64,000 nucleotides of DNA. Source: Vicinamibacteria bacterium (GTDB lineage: Bacteria > Acidobacteriota > Vicinamibacteria > Marinacidobacterales > Marinacidobacteraceae). The notes beneath the pieces are model-generated. The model was not told where the DNA came from. It was given only the letters and a program-made list of their open reading frames with translations, and did not search any database. The stretch lies in NCBI GenBank assembly GCA_963668695.2, contig CAXXLQ010000004.1:64001-128000 (forward strand). The letters are read 5' to 3'. This document shows, one piece after another, positions 1 through 9,788 of the stretch. The translations under genes and the position numbers were made by a program. How positions within the stretch are numbered: position 1 is the stretch's first letter; each line of letters opens with the position of its first letter.

Positions 1-1
1 C

Positions 2-1309
2 TGGCCGCTCCAGGCCCACGCGAACGGCAAGGCGAATCCGCGCCGGACCGCCCGCTATTGCATCTTCATCGAGATGGGCGGGGCGATCAGCCCCATGGAC
101 ACCTGGGACTTCAAAGAGACCCGCTGGACCCCCACGGACCTCGACATGGTGCAGATCAACGACGAGGTTTCGCTGTCGCGCGCGCTGTTCCCCACCCTCG
201 TGGACCGCGTCGACGAGGTCGCCTTTGTCCGCTCCATGCGGGCGCCCGAGCTGATCCACTTCAACGGTCAGTACCACACCCAGACCGGCAGGGCTCTCAA
301 CGTGGCGCTCGCCCGGGAAATCCCCGCCTTCGGAAGCATCATCGCTGCGGAACTCGATAAGGAACGGCGCGAAACGGACAGCTTTCCGACCTACGTCAGC
401 ACCTACCTGACGCGGGCGCGCGCCGGCTCGATCGGCGCCGGCTTCCTGCCCACGCGGTTCTCCGGCCTCGATCTGGATCCCACGACGGTCTTCGACTCCT
501 TCGGAGGCGACGTGGAAGGCAGCCGCCGGGTTCTGGAGGAGCGCTTCCGCCTGCTGAACCAGATGGCGGAGGTCTCCATCCCGGAGCGGGCCTCGCTGGG
601 CGACAAGGAAGACGACTACCGCGCCTACTACCAGTCGGCCTACGAGCTGCTCACCGACGAACGCTGGCCCAAGCTCTTCGCCGCGAGCGAAGAGGACAAA
701 GCGCGCTATGGCGCCGACGAGTTCGGGCTTGGCTGCATCCTCGCGCGCAACCTGATCGAGGCCGATGCCGGCACCCGATTCATCTATATCTACGACGGCG
801 ACAAATGGGACCACCACTCCGGCATCTTCGACCGGTCGCGCCAATGGAACCACTACACGACCTGTCCGCGGCTGGACAAGGGCTTCACCTCCCTGCTCAC
901 CGACCTCGGCGCCCGGCCGGGCAGCGAGCCGGGCACGACGCTGCTGGACGAGACCCTGATCGTGGTCACCAGCGAGTTCGGCCGCACTCCGGAAATGAAT
1001 CCGGTGGCCGGCCGGGATCACTACCGTTTCGCCTACGCCACGATGTTTGCGGGCGGCGGCGTTCAGGGTGGCCGCGTCGTCGGGCGGACCAACGAGGATG
1101 GTTCCGAAGTCGTTGATCCCGGCTGGAAACACGCCGGGCAGCCGTTCATGGACAACACGGTGGCGACCATCTATTCAGCGCTCGGCATCGACTGGAGGAA
1201 GTCGGTCCGCAACACCCCCTCGGGCCGCGAATACATCTACGTGGATTCCGTCTCCCTCGGCGGGTCGGAGATGATGTTCGACGACGAGATCGCCGAGATC
1301 TTCGCCTGA
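2..1309 (+). CDS. DUF1501 family protein (5' truncated by window edge)
   Basis: Frame is open from base 2 and reads ...RYCIFIEMGGAISPMDTWDFK, matching the DUF1501 N-terminal GGxSxxDTwDxK motif; also SEFGRTP..N...GRDH and FAGGGVQGGRVVG motifs. Confidence 0.8.
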   Translation, partial: WPLQAHANGKANPRRTARYCIFIEMGGAISPMDTWDFKETRWTPTDLDMVQINDEVSLSRALFPTLVDRVDEVAFVRSMRAPELIHFNGQYHTQTGRALNVALAREIPAFGSIIAAELDKERRETDSFPTYVSTYLTRARAGSIGAGFLPTRFSGLDLDPTTVFDSFGGDVEGSRRVLEERFRLLNQMAEVSIPERASLGDKEDDYRAYYQSAYELLTDERWPKLFAASEEDKARYGADEFGLGCILARNLIEADAGTRFIYIYDGDKWDHHSGIFDRSRQWNHYTTCPRLDKGFTSLLTDLGARPGSEPGTTLLDETLIVVTSEFGRTPEMNPVAGRDHYRFAYATMFAGGGVQGGRVVGRTNEDGSEVVDPGWKHAGQPFMDNTVATIYSALGIDWRKSVRNTPSGREYIYVDSVSLGGSEMMFDDEIAEIFA

Positions 1310-1352
1310 TCCCGACCACGCGGGTCCGCTCGGAAGTTCACTGACCGGCGGG

Positions 1353-2231
1353 ATGGGGGAGCGGCGCCGGATTCCCGCCATCCGCAAACTCGTCACGGCG
1401 CTGCTGGCGGCGACCCCTCTCCTCACAGAGACGGCGGCACCGGCGTTCGGGAACGAACCCCCGCCGGCGCATTGCAGCGACGATCGCGCCGAGAACATCT
1501 GCTGGGTCCCGCCCGGGGACTTCTGGATGGGGAGGACCCGGCTCTGGCTGATTGACGAGATCCACTGGCAGACCCGGGACCGGGTGGACGCCCGGCCGGT
1601 GCACCGGGTCACGCTCCCCGGCTTCTGGATGGACCAGAAGGAAGTCACCCAGGAGTCCTATCGGGAATTCACCCTCTCGACCGGGCGGCCCGAGCCCTTC
1701 CACTGGCGACAGCGTTTCCCGGAGGACAAGGCGCACCTCCCGGTGTACAACGTGAACTGGAACGACGCGCACGACTACTGCGCCTTCCGGAGAAAGCGCC
1801 TGCCGACCGAGGCCGAATGGGAAAAGGCGGCGCGCGGCGGCCTTGAGGGAGCGTCGTGGTCCTGGGGGGATCAGTATCGGCCCGACCCCGAAGAAGACTC
1901 GCCGGAGGGGACCCGGCTTCCCCCGCCGGCGCGGATCGGCCACCCGGGGGCGCCTGCCGCAGTCGCTTCCTTCCCGCCGAACGGGTACGGGCTCTATGAC
2001 ATGGTCGGCAACATCGCCGAGTGGGTCGCGGACGGCTACGACCTCGGGTACTACGCCGTGAGCCCGCCCGTGGACCCGCGCGGGCCGCAAGACGCTCCCT
2101 ACCGGATCTTCCGGGGCGGGAGTTGGGCGGACAGCGACGAGCGGATCGCCAGCGTCTTCTATCGAAACTTCACGAGACCCGATACCAGGATCCACAGCAT
2201 CGGCTTCCGGTGCGCACTTAGCAACCCGTGA
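1353..2231 (+). CDS. Formylglycine-generating enzyme (SUMF1/EgtB/PvdO) family protein, likely exported
   Basis: RLPTEAEWEKAARGG, PNGYGLYDMVGNIAEW, RGGSW and GFRC motifs; hydrophobic N-terminus. Confidence 0.88.
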   Translation: MGERRRIPAIRKLVTALLAATPLLTETAAPAFGNEPPPAHCSDDRAENICWVPPGDFWMGRTRLWLIDEIHWQTRDRVDARPVHRVTLPGFWMDQKEVTQESYREFTLSTGRPEPFHWRQRFPEDKAHLPVYNVNWNDAHDYCAFRRKRLPTEAEWEKAARGGLEGASWSWGDQYRPDPEEDSPEGTRLPPPARIGHPGAPAAVASFPPNGYGLYDMVGNIAEWVADGYDLGYYAVSPPVDPRGPQDAPYRIFRGGSWADSDERIASVFYRNFTRPDTRIHSIGFRCALSNP

Positions 2232-2510
2232 ACAGCGTGAGCCGGAAGCCCGAGCCAGAAGGGCTGGGGGTCGGGTGACCCCGTCCCCCGTCCCTTCCGC
2301 TCCGGGGTCTCCGCGGTGCTGGCGCCCCGCTCCGGAAGCGAGCGGCGATGCATCCCGCCTGAACCGCGACGCTTCGCGTCGCTCATCGTTGCGCTTCGGT
2401 CGGAATACACCAGGTATTCCTCCCTCGCGCGCCTTGTCAGCCGGGCGCCTCGCCCCCACCGGGAGGACTGGCCGCTCTCGGTGCTCACCTCACCCTATCC
2501 ACGGACTGCC
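2232..2510. mobile_element. Degenerate MITE copy carrying one 90-bp 'B' unit and one 20-mer insert
   Basis: Shares the core cgttgcgcttcggtcggaatacaccaggtattcctccctcgcgcgccttgtcagccggg with other copies; ~2244-2337 is the reverse complement of the 90-bp unit tandemly repeated at 32221-32580. Confidence 0.7.
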
Positions 2511-2536
2511 AATCATCCAAGAGAGGAAGAAACGGA

Positions 2537-3553
2537 ATGACCAAAGCTCGGAACAACGGAATGGGACGCCGCGAGGCACTCCGTCGCCTTTCGGCCGGAA
2601 CCGGCGGAGCGGCGCTCGGCGCGACCGGAGGGACGGCCTTCGGCGCGGGGGTGGCAGCCTGCGCCCCCATGGGCTCGGAGGCCGCCCCGGACCCGGGACA
2701 GCGGTTCCGGACGATGCTCGGCGCCGGAGACCCGGTGATCTGCCCGGGGGCCTTCGACGTCATCTCGGCTCGCCTGATCGTCGAAATGGGCTTCGAGACG
2801 GTGCTCATCGGCGGAAGCGCCGCGTCCGCGGCGAACTGGGGAGTCCCGGATTACGGACTCGCCTCCATCACCGAGCTGATCGAGATCGCCTCCCGCATCG
2901 CGGGGAGCGTCCCGGTTCCCTGCTTCGCGGACGCCGACGACGGGGGCGGCAGCCCGCTCGCGGTGGCGCGGGCAGTCCGCGGCTACGAGCGGGGCGGCCT
3001 CGCCGCGGTGATGATCGAGGATCACGTCCAGGCGAAACACCTCGGAGAAGGCGGTGTGCTGATCGAGGTGGGCGCGATGCAGGACAAGATCCGCGCGGCG
3101 GTGGACGCCCGGAAGACCGGCATGATGCTGGTTGCCCGCTGCGATTCCGTTTCCATCGGGCAGAGCGAGGCGGAGGCCACGGAGCGAGGCGCCGCCTACG
3201 TCGAGGCCGGAGCCGACCTCCTCTTCTTTGCCGGACTGCCTCCCGAGAGCATGGGCGCGGTAGCAGAGGCGGCCGGCCGGCCGGTGATCGCGAGTGTCCA
3301 CGACACACCCATGACCACTCTCCGGGAAAACCGGGTCCCGCTCGTCCTCTACGCGGGGCAGATGCTCCGCCTCGCCCTCGGGGCGATGCGCCAGGGACTC
3401 CAGGACATCCACGACGGCGCGACCTGGCCCGGCTACGCCGACCGCGCCCTTCCGGGCGACACCTACCAAAACCTCATCCAGTCCGGGAAGTGGCGCGAAG
3501 ACGCCGGCCGCTACAACCTCGTGGATGAGAACGGCCGCCAGGTCCGGGGGTAG
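2537..3553 (+). CDS. Isocitrate lyase/PEP mutase family protein with Tat-like N-terminus
   Basis: GAFDVISARL, GVPDYG, ADADDGGG, MIED, VARCD and AYVEAGAD motifs; GRREALRR followed by a hydrophobic stretch ending in AAC. Confidence 0.85.
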   Translation: MTKARNNGMGRREALRRLSAGTGGAALGATGGTAFGAGVAACAPMGSEAAPDPGQRFRTMLGAGDPVICPGAFDVISARLIVEMGFETVLIGGSAASAANWGVPDYGLASITELIEIASRIAGSVPVPCFADADDGGGSPLAVARAVRGYERGGLAAVMIEDHVQAKHLGEGGVLIEVGAMQDKIRAAVDARKTGMMLVARCDSVSIGQSEAEATERGAAYVEAGADLLFFAGLPPESMGAVAEAAGRPVIASVHDTPMTTLRENRVPLVLYAGQMLRLALGAMRQGLQDIHDGATWPGYADRALPGDTYQNLIQSGKWREDAGRYNLVDENGRQVRG

Positions 3554-3576
3554 AACGAGGCGCGAAACGCCAGCCA

Positions 3577-3680
3577 GGAGCGCCCCCCTTTCAAAGCGGC
3601 ACGCCAGCGCGGAGGAACGCCGCTCTTCAGAGCGGCATCGCCCGCGCATGGGAACGCCGCTCTTCAGAGCGGCATCGCCA
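3577..3680. repeat. REP-like hairpin cluster (GGAACGCCGCT-CTTCAG-AGCGGCATCG x2 plus one degenerate copy)
   Basis: Perfect stem GCCGCTCT/AGAGCGGC at 3614-3640 and 3651-3677. Confidence 0.75.
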
Positions 3681-3751
3681 GCCTGAGGCTGGCGAAACTC
3701 CCGTAGCCATCCCAGACGACGGCGACGGCGCTGCGAAAGAATCCAGGATCC

Positions 3752-4339
3752 GTGAACCCCTTCCCCGGGAAACAGATCACCCCCCGCAACCGGCAGGAAT
3801 GGCGCCGTTGGCTGGCCGCCAACCACGGCACGGTCCCCGAGGTCTGGGTCGTCTTCTACAAGAAAACCGCCCAGCGAGCTGGTCGGCCCACCCTCACCTA
3901 CGACCACGCCGTCGAGGAGGCGGTCTGTTTCGGCTGGATCGACGGCCTCAAACGGCGCGTTGACGACGAACGATACGCCCACCGCTTCACACCGCGGAAA
4001 CCGGACAGCCGGTGGTCGGAGAGCAATCGGGTGCGGCTCGAAAAAATGAGGTCCCGGGGCCTCATGACTCCCACCGGTGAGGAAGCGGTCGAGGCCTCGA
4101 TACGGTCCGGCGCCTGGGAGAAACCCGCGACCTCGGCACCCCCGGACGTCCCGGCGGAGCTACTCGCCGCCCTCGAAAGCGATCCGCAGGCGCGCGCCGG
4201 CTGGTTGAGGCTCCCCCGCTCGGAACGGCGCCGCTACGAAACCTGGATCGGCATCGCCAAGCGGGCCGAAACCCGAGCCCGGCGGCTCACCGAGAGCCTG
4301 GACCTCCTCCGCCGCGGCCAAAAACTCGGAATGCGCTGA
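3752..4339 (+). CDS. YdeI/OmpD-associated family protein
   Basis: WRRWLAANH, AVEEAVCFGWIDG, FTPRKPDSRWS and AKRAETRARR motifs. Confidence 0.88.
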   Translation: MNPFPGKQITPRNRQEWRRWLAANHGTVPEVWVVFYKKTAQRAGRPTLTYDHAVEEAVCFGWIDGLKRRVDDERYAHRFTPRKPDSRWSESNRVRLEKMRSRGLMTPTGEEAVEASIRSGAWEKPATSAPPDVPAELLAALESDPQARAGWLRLPRSERRRYETWIGIAKRAETRARRLTESLDLLRRGQKLGMR

Positions 4340-4368
4340 ACCATCTCCCGCCGGTGTAATTGTAGTTC

Positions 4369-4389
4369 GGATAGAATAGTATTCTATCC
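4369..4389. promoter_or_regulatory. Palindromic operator/-10 region of the vapBC operon
   Basis: Perfect inverted repeat GGATAGAATA-G-TATTCTATCC directly abutting ATG 4390 and containing TAGAAT. Confidence 0.7.
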
Positions 4390-4644
4390 ATGAGCACAAC
4401 CATCCACCTCTCGGGTGACCTGCTGGCGGCCGTAGACCGCCGCGCGCAGGATCTGAGAGTCACCCGGAACCGATACATCGTCCGGGCGCTCGAACGATCC
4501 CTGAGTAGTGACACGGAGTGGAGCCCAGCATTCGTCGAGGAACTCCGTGCTGCCCGCCACGATCCGGAAGACCATAGGGTCCTCGCCGAAATGCGTGCCG
4601 CGATCAAGGCGAATCGGGAGAGCAAGGGGCCTCCGGCACTTTGA
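4390..4644 (+). CDS. Ribbon-helix-helix (CopG-like) antitoxin
   Basis: TTIHLSGDLLAAVDRRAQDLRVTRNRYIVRAL RHH pattern; overlaps the downstream PIN gene by 4 nt. Confidence 0.8.
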   Translation: MSTTIHLSGDLLAAVDRRAQDLRVTRNRYIVRALERSLSSDTEWSPAFVEELRAARHDPEDHRVLAEMRAAIKANRESKGPPAL

Positions 4645-5048
4645 AGTACGTCCTCGACACGAACATCGTCTCCCTAGCCATGGCGGGCACACCATCCGTC
4701 ACAGAGCGCATGTTTTCCCTGGCAAGAACCGATGTGCTGCTTCCACAACCCGTCATCGCCGAGATCGAGTACGGAATTGCCCGGTTGCCGGAGTCTGGGC
4801 GGCGCCAGCGCTTAGCCGGACGCCTTGAGAAGTTCGTGGAGAACACCTCCGGAGTGCCATGGACCGCCGACGTCAGCCGTGCTTTCGGCACAACCAAAGC
4901 CGATCTCGAGGCTCGGGGCCAGCGGATCGAGGACTTCGACGTGGCAATTGCCGCCCACGCCCTCGCGCTCGACGCGGTCCTGGTTACCGACAACACCGCC
5001 CACATGGGCCGGATTCGCGGGCTGCGACTCGAAAACTGGGGCGCATAG
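4641..5048 (+). CDS. vapC: PIN-domain VapC toxin
   Basis: YVLDTNIVS, AEIEYG, DFDVAIAAHA and LVTDN acidic motifs. Confidence 0.92.
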   Translation: MKYVLDTNIVSLAMAGTPSVTERMFSLARTDVLLPQPVIAEIEYGIARLPESGRRQRLAGRLEKFVENTSGVPWTADVSRAFGTTKADLEARGQRIEDFDVAIAAHALALDAVLVTDNTAHMGRIRGLRLENWGA

Positions 5049-5082
5049 CACCTGGCCTCGTGTGTCTCGCCGCCCTATGGGC

Positions 5083-5206
5083 GGCGATGCCGGCCGGAGG
5101 CCGGCGGTCCCTTTCCTAAGCGCGATGTGGCAGAGTGGTCCCGCGTTATCCCGACTGGTGCACCATCTACTCCAGTAGCGATGCCGGCCCGGAGAGCGGC
5201 GGTGCC
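5083..5206. repeat. Two REP-like hairpins (reverse orientation)
   Basis: gcgatgccggccggaggccggcggtccc and gcgatgccggcccggagagcggcggtgcc between convergent genes. Confidence 0.55.
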
Positions 5207-5207
5207 G

Positions 5208-6155
5208 CTACTGGGACGACAGGCTGCGGTGGACCAGGCGGACGAAGCGTTCGGCGTTCACGAAGCCGGCCGCGTCGGGAGACCAGCCGATGTCGGTTCC
5301 GATTCCGGTGACCAGTGCGACGTAGTCGGCCGCGGCGTCGTCCTCGCTCTGGCCCGCCTCGACGCGCTCGCTGATCCGCTCCCGGGCCATGCGGAGCGCT
5401 ACCCCGTACTTGACCAGGGTGGCGCGGTCCGCGACCGGGCCGTGACCCGGAATGATCTTCGTCTGGTCGTCGGTGCTCTCCGCGACCGCCTCGGCGGCCG
5501 CAATCAACCCGTCGATCCCGCCCCCTGAGTCCACGTCAATGAACGGGAAGGCGCCGTTGAAGAACAGGTCCCCCATGTGGACCACGTTCGCGCCTCGGAA
5601 GAAGATCGCCGAATCGCCGTCGGTGTGGGCATGAGGCTGGTGCCGGACTTCGATGGCGAGGCCATTCCAGTGCAGGGTGACCTCCTGCTCGAAGGTCACT
5701 ACCGGCAGGGCTTCGGGGGCCGCCTGGTCGCTGCGGCCGACCAGGTCGGCAAACTCGGCGGGGTTCAGGCGGCGCCGGACGTTCTCGTGGGCCACGATGA
5801 GGCTGCCGGCCTTTCCGAGGTTCTCGTTGCCGCCGGTATGGTCACCGTGCCAGTGGGTGTTCACCAGGAAGCGCACCGGATCGGTGGTGATCGAGCGCAC
5901 CGCGGCGAGAATCTTGTCGGTCAGCGGCGCGTACTGATCATCCACCAGCAGGGCGCCGTCGGAGCCGGTGGACAGGCCGATGTTGCCCCCGCTCCCAAAG
6001 AGGACGTGGATGCCGCCGCCCAGATCCTCGCTGGTGATCGAGACGGCGTCCCAGTCCTGGTCCTGGGCCGCGGCTGGAAACGCAGCGAGCGAAAGGCAGA
6101 TCGCGGCGAGGAAAACCGGCCGAGGGCGGCGATACGATGGATCAGTCAGGAACAT
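5208..6155 (-). CDS. MBL-fold metallo-hydrolase (cyclase-like), exported
   Basis: THWHGDHTGGN, HTDGD, HMGDL and IPGHG motifs; signal peptide ending AAA-Q. Confidence 0.9.
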   Translation of the reverse strand: MFLTDPSYRRPRPVFLAAICLSLAAFPAAAQDQDWDAVSITSEDLGGGIHVLFGSGGNIGLSTGSDGALLVDDQYAPLTDKILAAVRSITTDPVRFLVNTHWHGDHTGGNENLGKAGSLIVAHENVRRRLNPAEFADLVGRSDQAAPEALPVVTFEQEVTLHWNGLAIEVRHQPHAHTDGDSAIFFRGANVVHMGDLFFNGAFPFIDVDSGGGIDGLIAAAEAVAESTDDQTKIIPGHGPVADRATLVKYGVALRMARERISERVEAGQSEDDAAADYVALVTGIGTDIGWSPDAAGFVNAERFVRLVHRSLSSQ

Positions 6156-6233
6156 GGCGTAACAAACTCCAGAAGAAGGGCAAATGCGGCCACACGGATC
6201 CCGGTGGCCTGACGAGGGGCCGGCGGCGGGGTG

Positions 6234-8057
6234 TCAGCAGCCGACGCAGGCGTTGTTGTTCTTGGCGCCGTAGCTGGCGAGGAGCGCGATCGTTTCCGGG
6301 AACGGATTGATGCGCTGCACCGGACCGTTGGCGAGGTCGATGGTCGTCTGTCCGGTGCGGGCGACAGCCAGCGGGTCAGCGCCGTGGTCGATCAGGTACT
6401 GCACCATCTCGATGTCGCCGCGCGACGCCGCGTGGTGGATCGTGGAGTAGCCGTTGTAGTCGCGAACGGTCGCATCCGCCCCGCATTCCTCCACCAGGTA
6501 TTTCACCGCCGGCAGCCACGCGTCGGGCGCGTGCCGGTGAGAGTTCGCGGCGAGTCCGAGGCCGTATCCCACTCCGGCCGCTGCATGGAGCGGGTAGACC
6601 GCCGGATCCCCATACTCGGCGGAAGGCAAGCCCGACGGATCCGGGGCTCCCTCTTCGATGAGCATCGGGAGACGACGACGCTCCGGCACCTTGACCGTGG
6701 GGAGGTGGGGATCCGCCCCGTTCGCCACCAGCAGCTTCATGGCCGGGATGTCGAGCGAATAGGCGGCGCGCCAGAAGGCGGTCGCTCCGCTGCGGTCCAC
6801 CCCGAGTTGATCCACGTCGTACACCGTGTACCAAAGCGAATTGTCGATCCGCGCGTTCACGTCGGCACCGGCGTCGATGAGCACCTGCATGAGTTCGAGA
6901 TGCGAGACCTCCTGCTGCAGGTAGTCGGCCGGCTGCGGGTGACGCGCTTTCGGGATCCACTGTGTGTTGATCGTCCCGTAGAGCGGAGTCGCGTTCTGCG
7001 AATCCGCCATCGTCGGGTCGGCGCCCTGCTCGAGCAACCTCATTGCGAGGTCGAAATGACCGTTGATCGTCGCCATGAGCAATGGGGTGGTGCCGCTTCC
7101 CTCGGCGCGCTGGTTCAAGTCAGCGCCGGCGTCGAGCAGCGCCAGCGCGCTGTCGATCTGGCCTTCGCGGGCCGCAAACAGGAGGGCGGTCAACCCGCCG
7201 TGGGTGCCGACGCGTTCCTCGTAGGTCTTGGGCTTCGGCTCGTTCGGATCACGGCTCTCGTCCAGGTCGGGGTTGAGCGGATCCGGGTTGAGCGGATCCG
7301 GGGGAAGACCGGCAGCACCCGTGCTGGTCCCGCTCTTGCCGACGCGGTCGGTCCCGTTGGCGGGGAGCGGACGCTCGGCCTGGATGATGCCGGTCCCTCC
7401 GCGCACCTCGGCAAGACGGGCCTGCCGCTCGCGGCGCTCTTCCCGGTCGAACCGCGAACGCTCGACGACGTCCAGGACATCCGCGGTGGCGGAGGCGTCC
7501 GCGCCGGCGTCCAGCAGGGCTTTGATCGCTTCGACGCGGCCCCGGACCGCTGCGAACATGAGCGGAGTGAGGTCCCACGCGGTTTCCCGCGCATCCACGG
7601 GAGCTCCGTGGTCGAGAAGTGAAACCACCGTTTCAGGGACGCCGGCGGTTGCCGCCAGGTGAAGCGGTTGGGCGCCGGTAGAGGTCATGGCGTCGGCAGG
7701 GGCGCCGGCGTTGAGCAGAGCTTCGGCGACTCCGGCCTTACCGGCCGCCGCCGCCACGTGCAGCGGCATGTGGCTCCCGAGACGCGTGGTGGCGCGGACG
7801 TCCGCACCCGCCGCGATCAAGACCTCCGCAACCTCGCGGTTCCCCGTCTTCGCCGCCCAGTGCAGCGCCGTGAACCCGTCGCCCTGCGCCGCGTTCACGT
7901 CCGCGCCCGAACGCAGCTCCGCCTTCAGCGTCTCCAGGTCACCGCGTTTCGCGGCGTCCAGCACTGGCGACAGCAGCGCCGCATACCCGGCTCCGACCAG
8001 CACTCCCAGCACTGCGAGCAGTGCCGCCAGGCCGATCCATCGCTTTTTGATCTTCAT
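6234..8057 (-). CDS. Ankyrin repeat protein (cassette copy 2), membrane-anchored/exported, C-terminal CVGC
   Basis: Multiple GxTxLHxAA repeats; N-terminal KKRW plus hydrophobic helix. Confidence 0.92.
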   Translation of the reverse strand: MKIKKRWIGLAALLAVLGVLVGAGYAALLSPVLDAAKRGDLETLKAELRSGADVNAAQGDGFTALHWAAKTGNREVAEVLIAAGADVRATTRLGSHMPLHVAAAAGKAGVAEALLNAGAPADAMTSTGAQPLHLAATAGVPETVVSLLDHGAPVDARETAWDLTPLMFAAVRGRVEAIKALLDAGADASATADVLDVVERSRFDREERRERQARLAEVRGGTGIIQAERPLPANGTDRVGKSGTSTGAAGLPPDPLNPDPLNPDLDESRDPNEPKPKTYEERVGTHGGLTALLFAAREGQIDSALALLDAGADLNQRAEGSGTTPLLMATINGHFDLAMRLLEQGADPTMADSQNATPLYGTINTQWIPKARHPQPADYLQQEVSHLELMQVLIDAGADVNARIDNSLWYTVYDVDQLGVDRSGATAFWRAAYSLDIPAMKLLVANGADPHLPTVKVPERRRLPMLIEEGAPDPSGLPSAEYGDPAVYPLHAAAGVGYGLGLAANSHRHAPDAWLPAVKYLVEECGADATVRDYNGYSTIHHAASRGDIEMVQYLIDHGADPLAVARTGQTTIDLANGPVQRINPFPETIALLASYGAKNNNACVGC

Positions 8058-8107
8058 GCCCCGTCCTTCCCTCCGGTCAGAGTCCTCGTTGCGGATTCCG
8101 GTCCTTG

Positions 8108-9496
8108 CTACACCGCCTGCGAAAGCGAGAACGCGCCCGTGCTGTTCCCGAAGGTTTCCAGATCATCCATCCCCAGCTTGTGCGCCAACGTCAGCATCAC
8201 GTTCGCCAGCGGGGTCCCGGGCTCCGCACGCAGGTGCAGGTTGTGCTCCAGCGCTCCGTTCGCGCCTCCCGCCACAAAGAACGGAACACGCTTGTGGTTG
8301 TGGATGTTCGGATCCCCCATCGGAGACCCATACAGGATCATCGTCTTGTCCAGCAGCGTCCGATCCTCTTCCTGAATGCTCCGCAGCTTCTCCATGAAAT
8401 ACGGAACCAGGCTCACGTGATACCGGTTGATCCGGCCCAGAACCTCAACCCGCTCGGGATCGTTCCCGTGGTGCGAGGCCGGATGGAACGCCATCGATTC
8501 GCCGCTGTCCGGATACACCCGGCTCGACGCGTCCCGGCCCAGCTTCAAGCTGAACACCCGCGTCATGTCCGACTGGAAGGCCAGCGCCTGCAGGTCGAAC
8601 ATGATCTTCACATGCTCGTCGAACGAGTCCGGAACCCCTGACGGAGCGTCCGGAAGCTCACGAAGCTCCCCGCTCGTGTTCCGTTCCACGATCCGCTCGA
8701 TCCGACGCTCCATCTCCCGGACGTCCGTCAGGTACCGGTCCATCCGGCGCACATCCTGCGGATCCAGCGCTCCCTTCAGCCGCTGCACCTCCGAACCGAT
8801 GAAGTCCAGAACGCTCCGGCGCGCGTTCTGCCGCGCCACCCGGCCCTCCGGGGTTCCCCCCGCGCCGAACAACTGGTCGAACACGATCCGGGGATCCCGC
8901 GTCATCGGAAGCGGCTCCGTCGGCGACGCCCAACTGATGGTGTCGGTGTAGACGCAGGCATACCCGTAGGCGCAACCACCCGCCTGGTCCACCGTCTCGA
9001 TGCAGAGCTGCATCGAGGGAATCGGTGTGTCCTGGCCGAAACGGTTCGCATACATCTGATCCAGCGAGGTCCCGGCAAAGACATCCGAACTCTCGGTCTG
9101 CTTGGGATACGACTGGGTCAGGAACGCCGCGCTCGAGCGGAAGTGGTCTCCACCGATCTCACGCGCCGTGCGCGCCTCCGCGGGCTCCACATCGCAATCG
9201 CTCACGATCGTGACGTAGTCCCGGACGGACTCCAGGGAGCTGAGCGCACCCTTCGACAGATCGAAGTCCGCGCCCTCTTTCTCCGGAGTCCACAGATGCT
9301 GCGATCGGCCGTACTTGTTGCTGCCCGCCGACCCGTGAACGATCTCGATCGCCACGAGCCGCGTCGGATCCTCTGCGGTCGGCTTCGCGATCACGCTCGC
9401 CGGAACCATCGCGTCCAGGAACGGCAACGCGACCGTTGCTCCCGCTCCCCGAAGGAACGTCCGCCGTGGGAGGCTCTTGCCGGTCAGATAGTTCAT
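8108..9496 (-). CDS. DUF1552 family protein (cassette copy 2), Tat signal
   Basis: RRTFLRGAGATVALPFLDAM N-terminus; LAFQSDMTRV, HPASHH, TLLDKTMILYGS..GD.N.HNH motifs. Confidence 0.88.
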   Translation of the reverse strand: MNYLTGKSLPRRTFLRGAGATVALPFLDAMVPASVIAKPTAEDPTRLVAIEIVHGSAGSNKYGRSQHLWTPEKEGADFDLSKGALSSLESVRDYVTIVSDCDVEPAEARTAREIGGDHFRSSAAFLTQSYPKQTESSDVFAGTSLDQMYANRFGQDTPIPSMQLCIETVDQAGGCAYGYACVYTDTISWASPTEPLPMTRDPRIVFDQLFGAGGTPEGRVARQNARRSVLDFIGSEVQRLKGALDPQDVRRMDRYLTDVREMERRIERIVERNTSGELRELPDAPSGVPDSFDEHVKIMFDLQALAFQSDMTRVFSLKLGRDASSRVYPDSGESMAFHPASHHGNDPERVEVLGRINRYHVSLVPYFMEKLRSIQEEDRTLLDKTMILYGSPMGDPNIHNHKRVPFFVAGGANGALEHNLHLRAEPGTPLANVMLTLAHKLGMDDLETFGNSTGAFSLSQAV

Positions 9497-9788
9497 GGTG
9501 TTCTCCTGTCAGGGCGCCCCGCCGTCCCGGTGTTCCGGTGGGGCTGGAGTCGCTGTGTAGAGAGCCCGAGATCCTCGGGTGACTTGGATGATCCGGCCCA
9601 GGGTGGAACCGGCTGGGGACCCGCCGTTGCAGGGATACGCCCCCCACAAAGTACGGGATCGATGGGCTCCCATAACCGGACTAGGATAGGAAATCAACCG
9701 TCCCGGCGCAAGGGGCATCCGGCCCGGTCGAGAACTGCTGCGAGAGCCGACTCCGGGAACCGGAGAGCGCCCCCCCAAGAGGAGGAGA

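Noticed and set aside
9497-9788. ncRNA or riboswitch in the longer DUF1592-DUF1552 spacer of cassette copy 2
   Set aside because: About 200 bp longer than in copy 1 with two weakly similar segments, but no recognisable RNA family or second copy in this window
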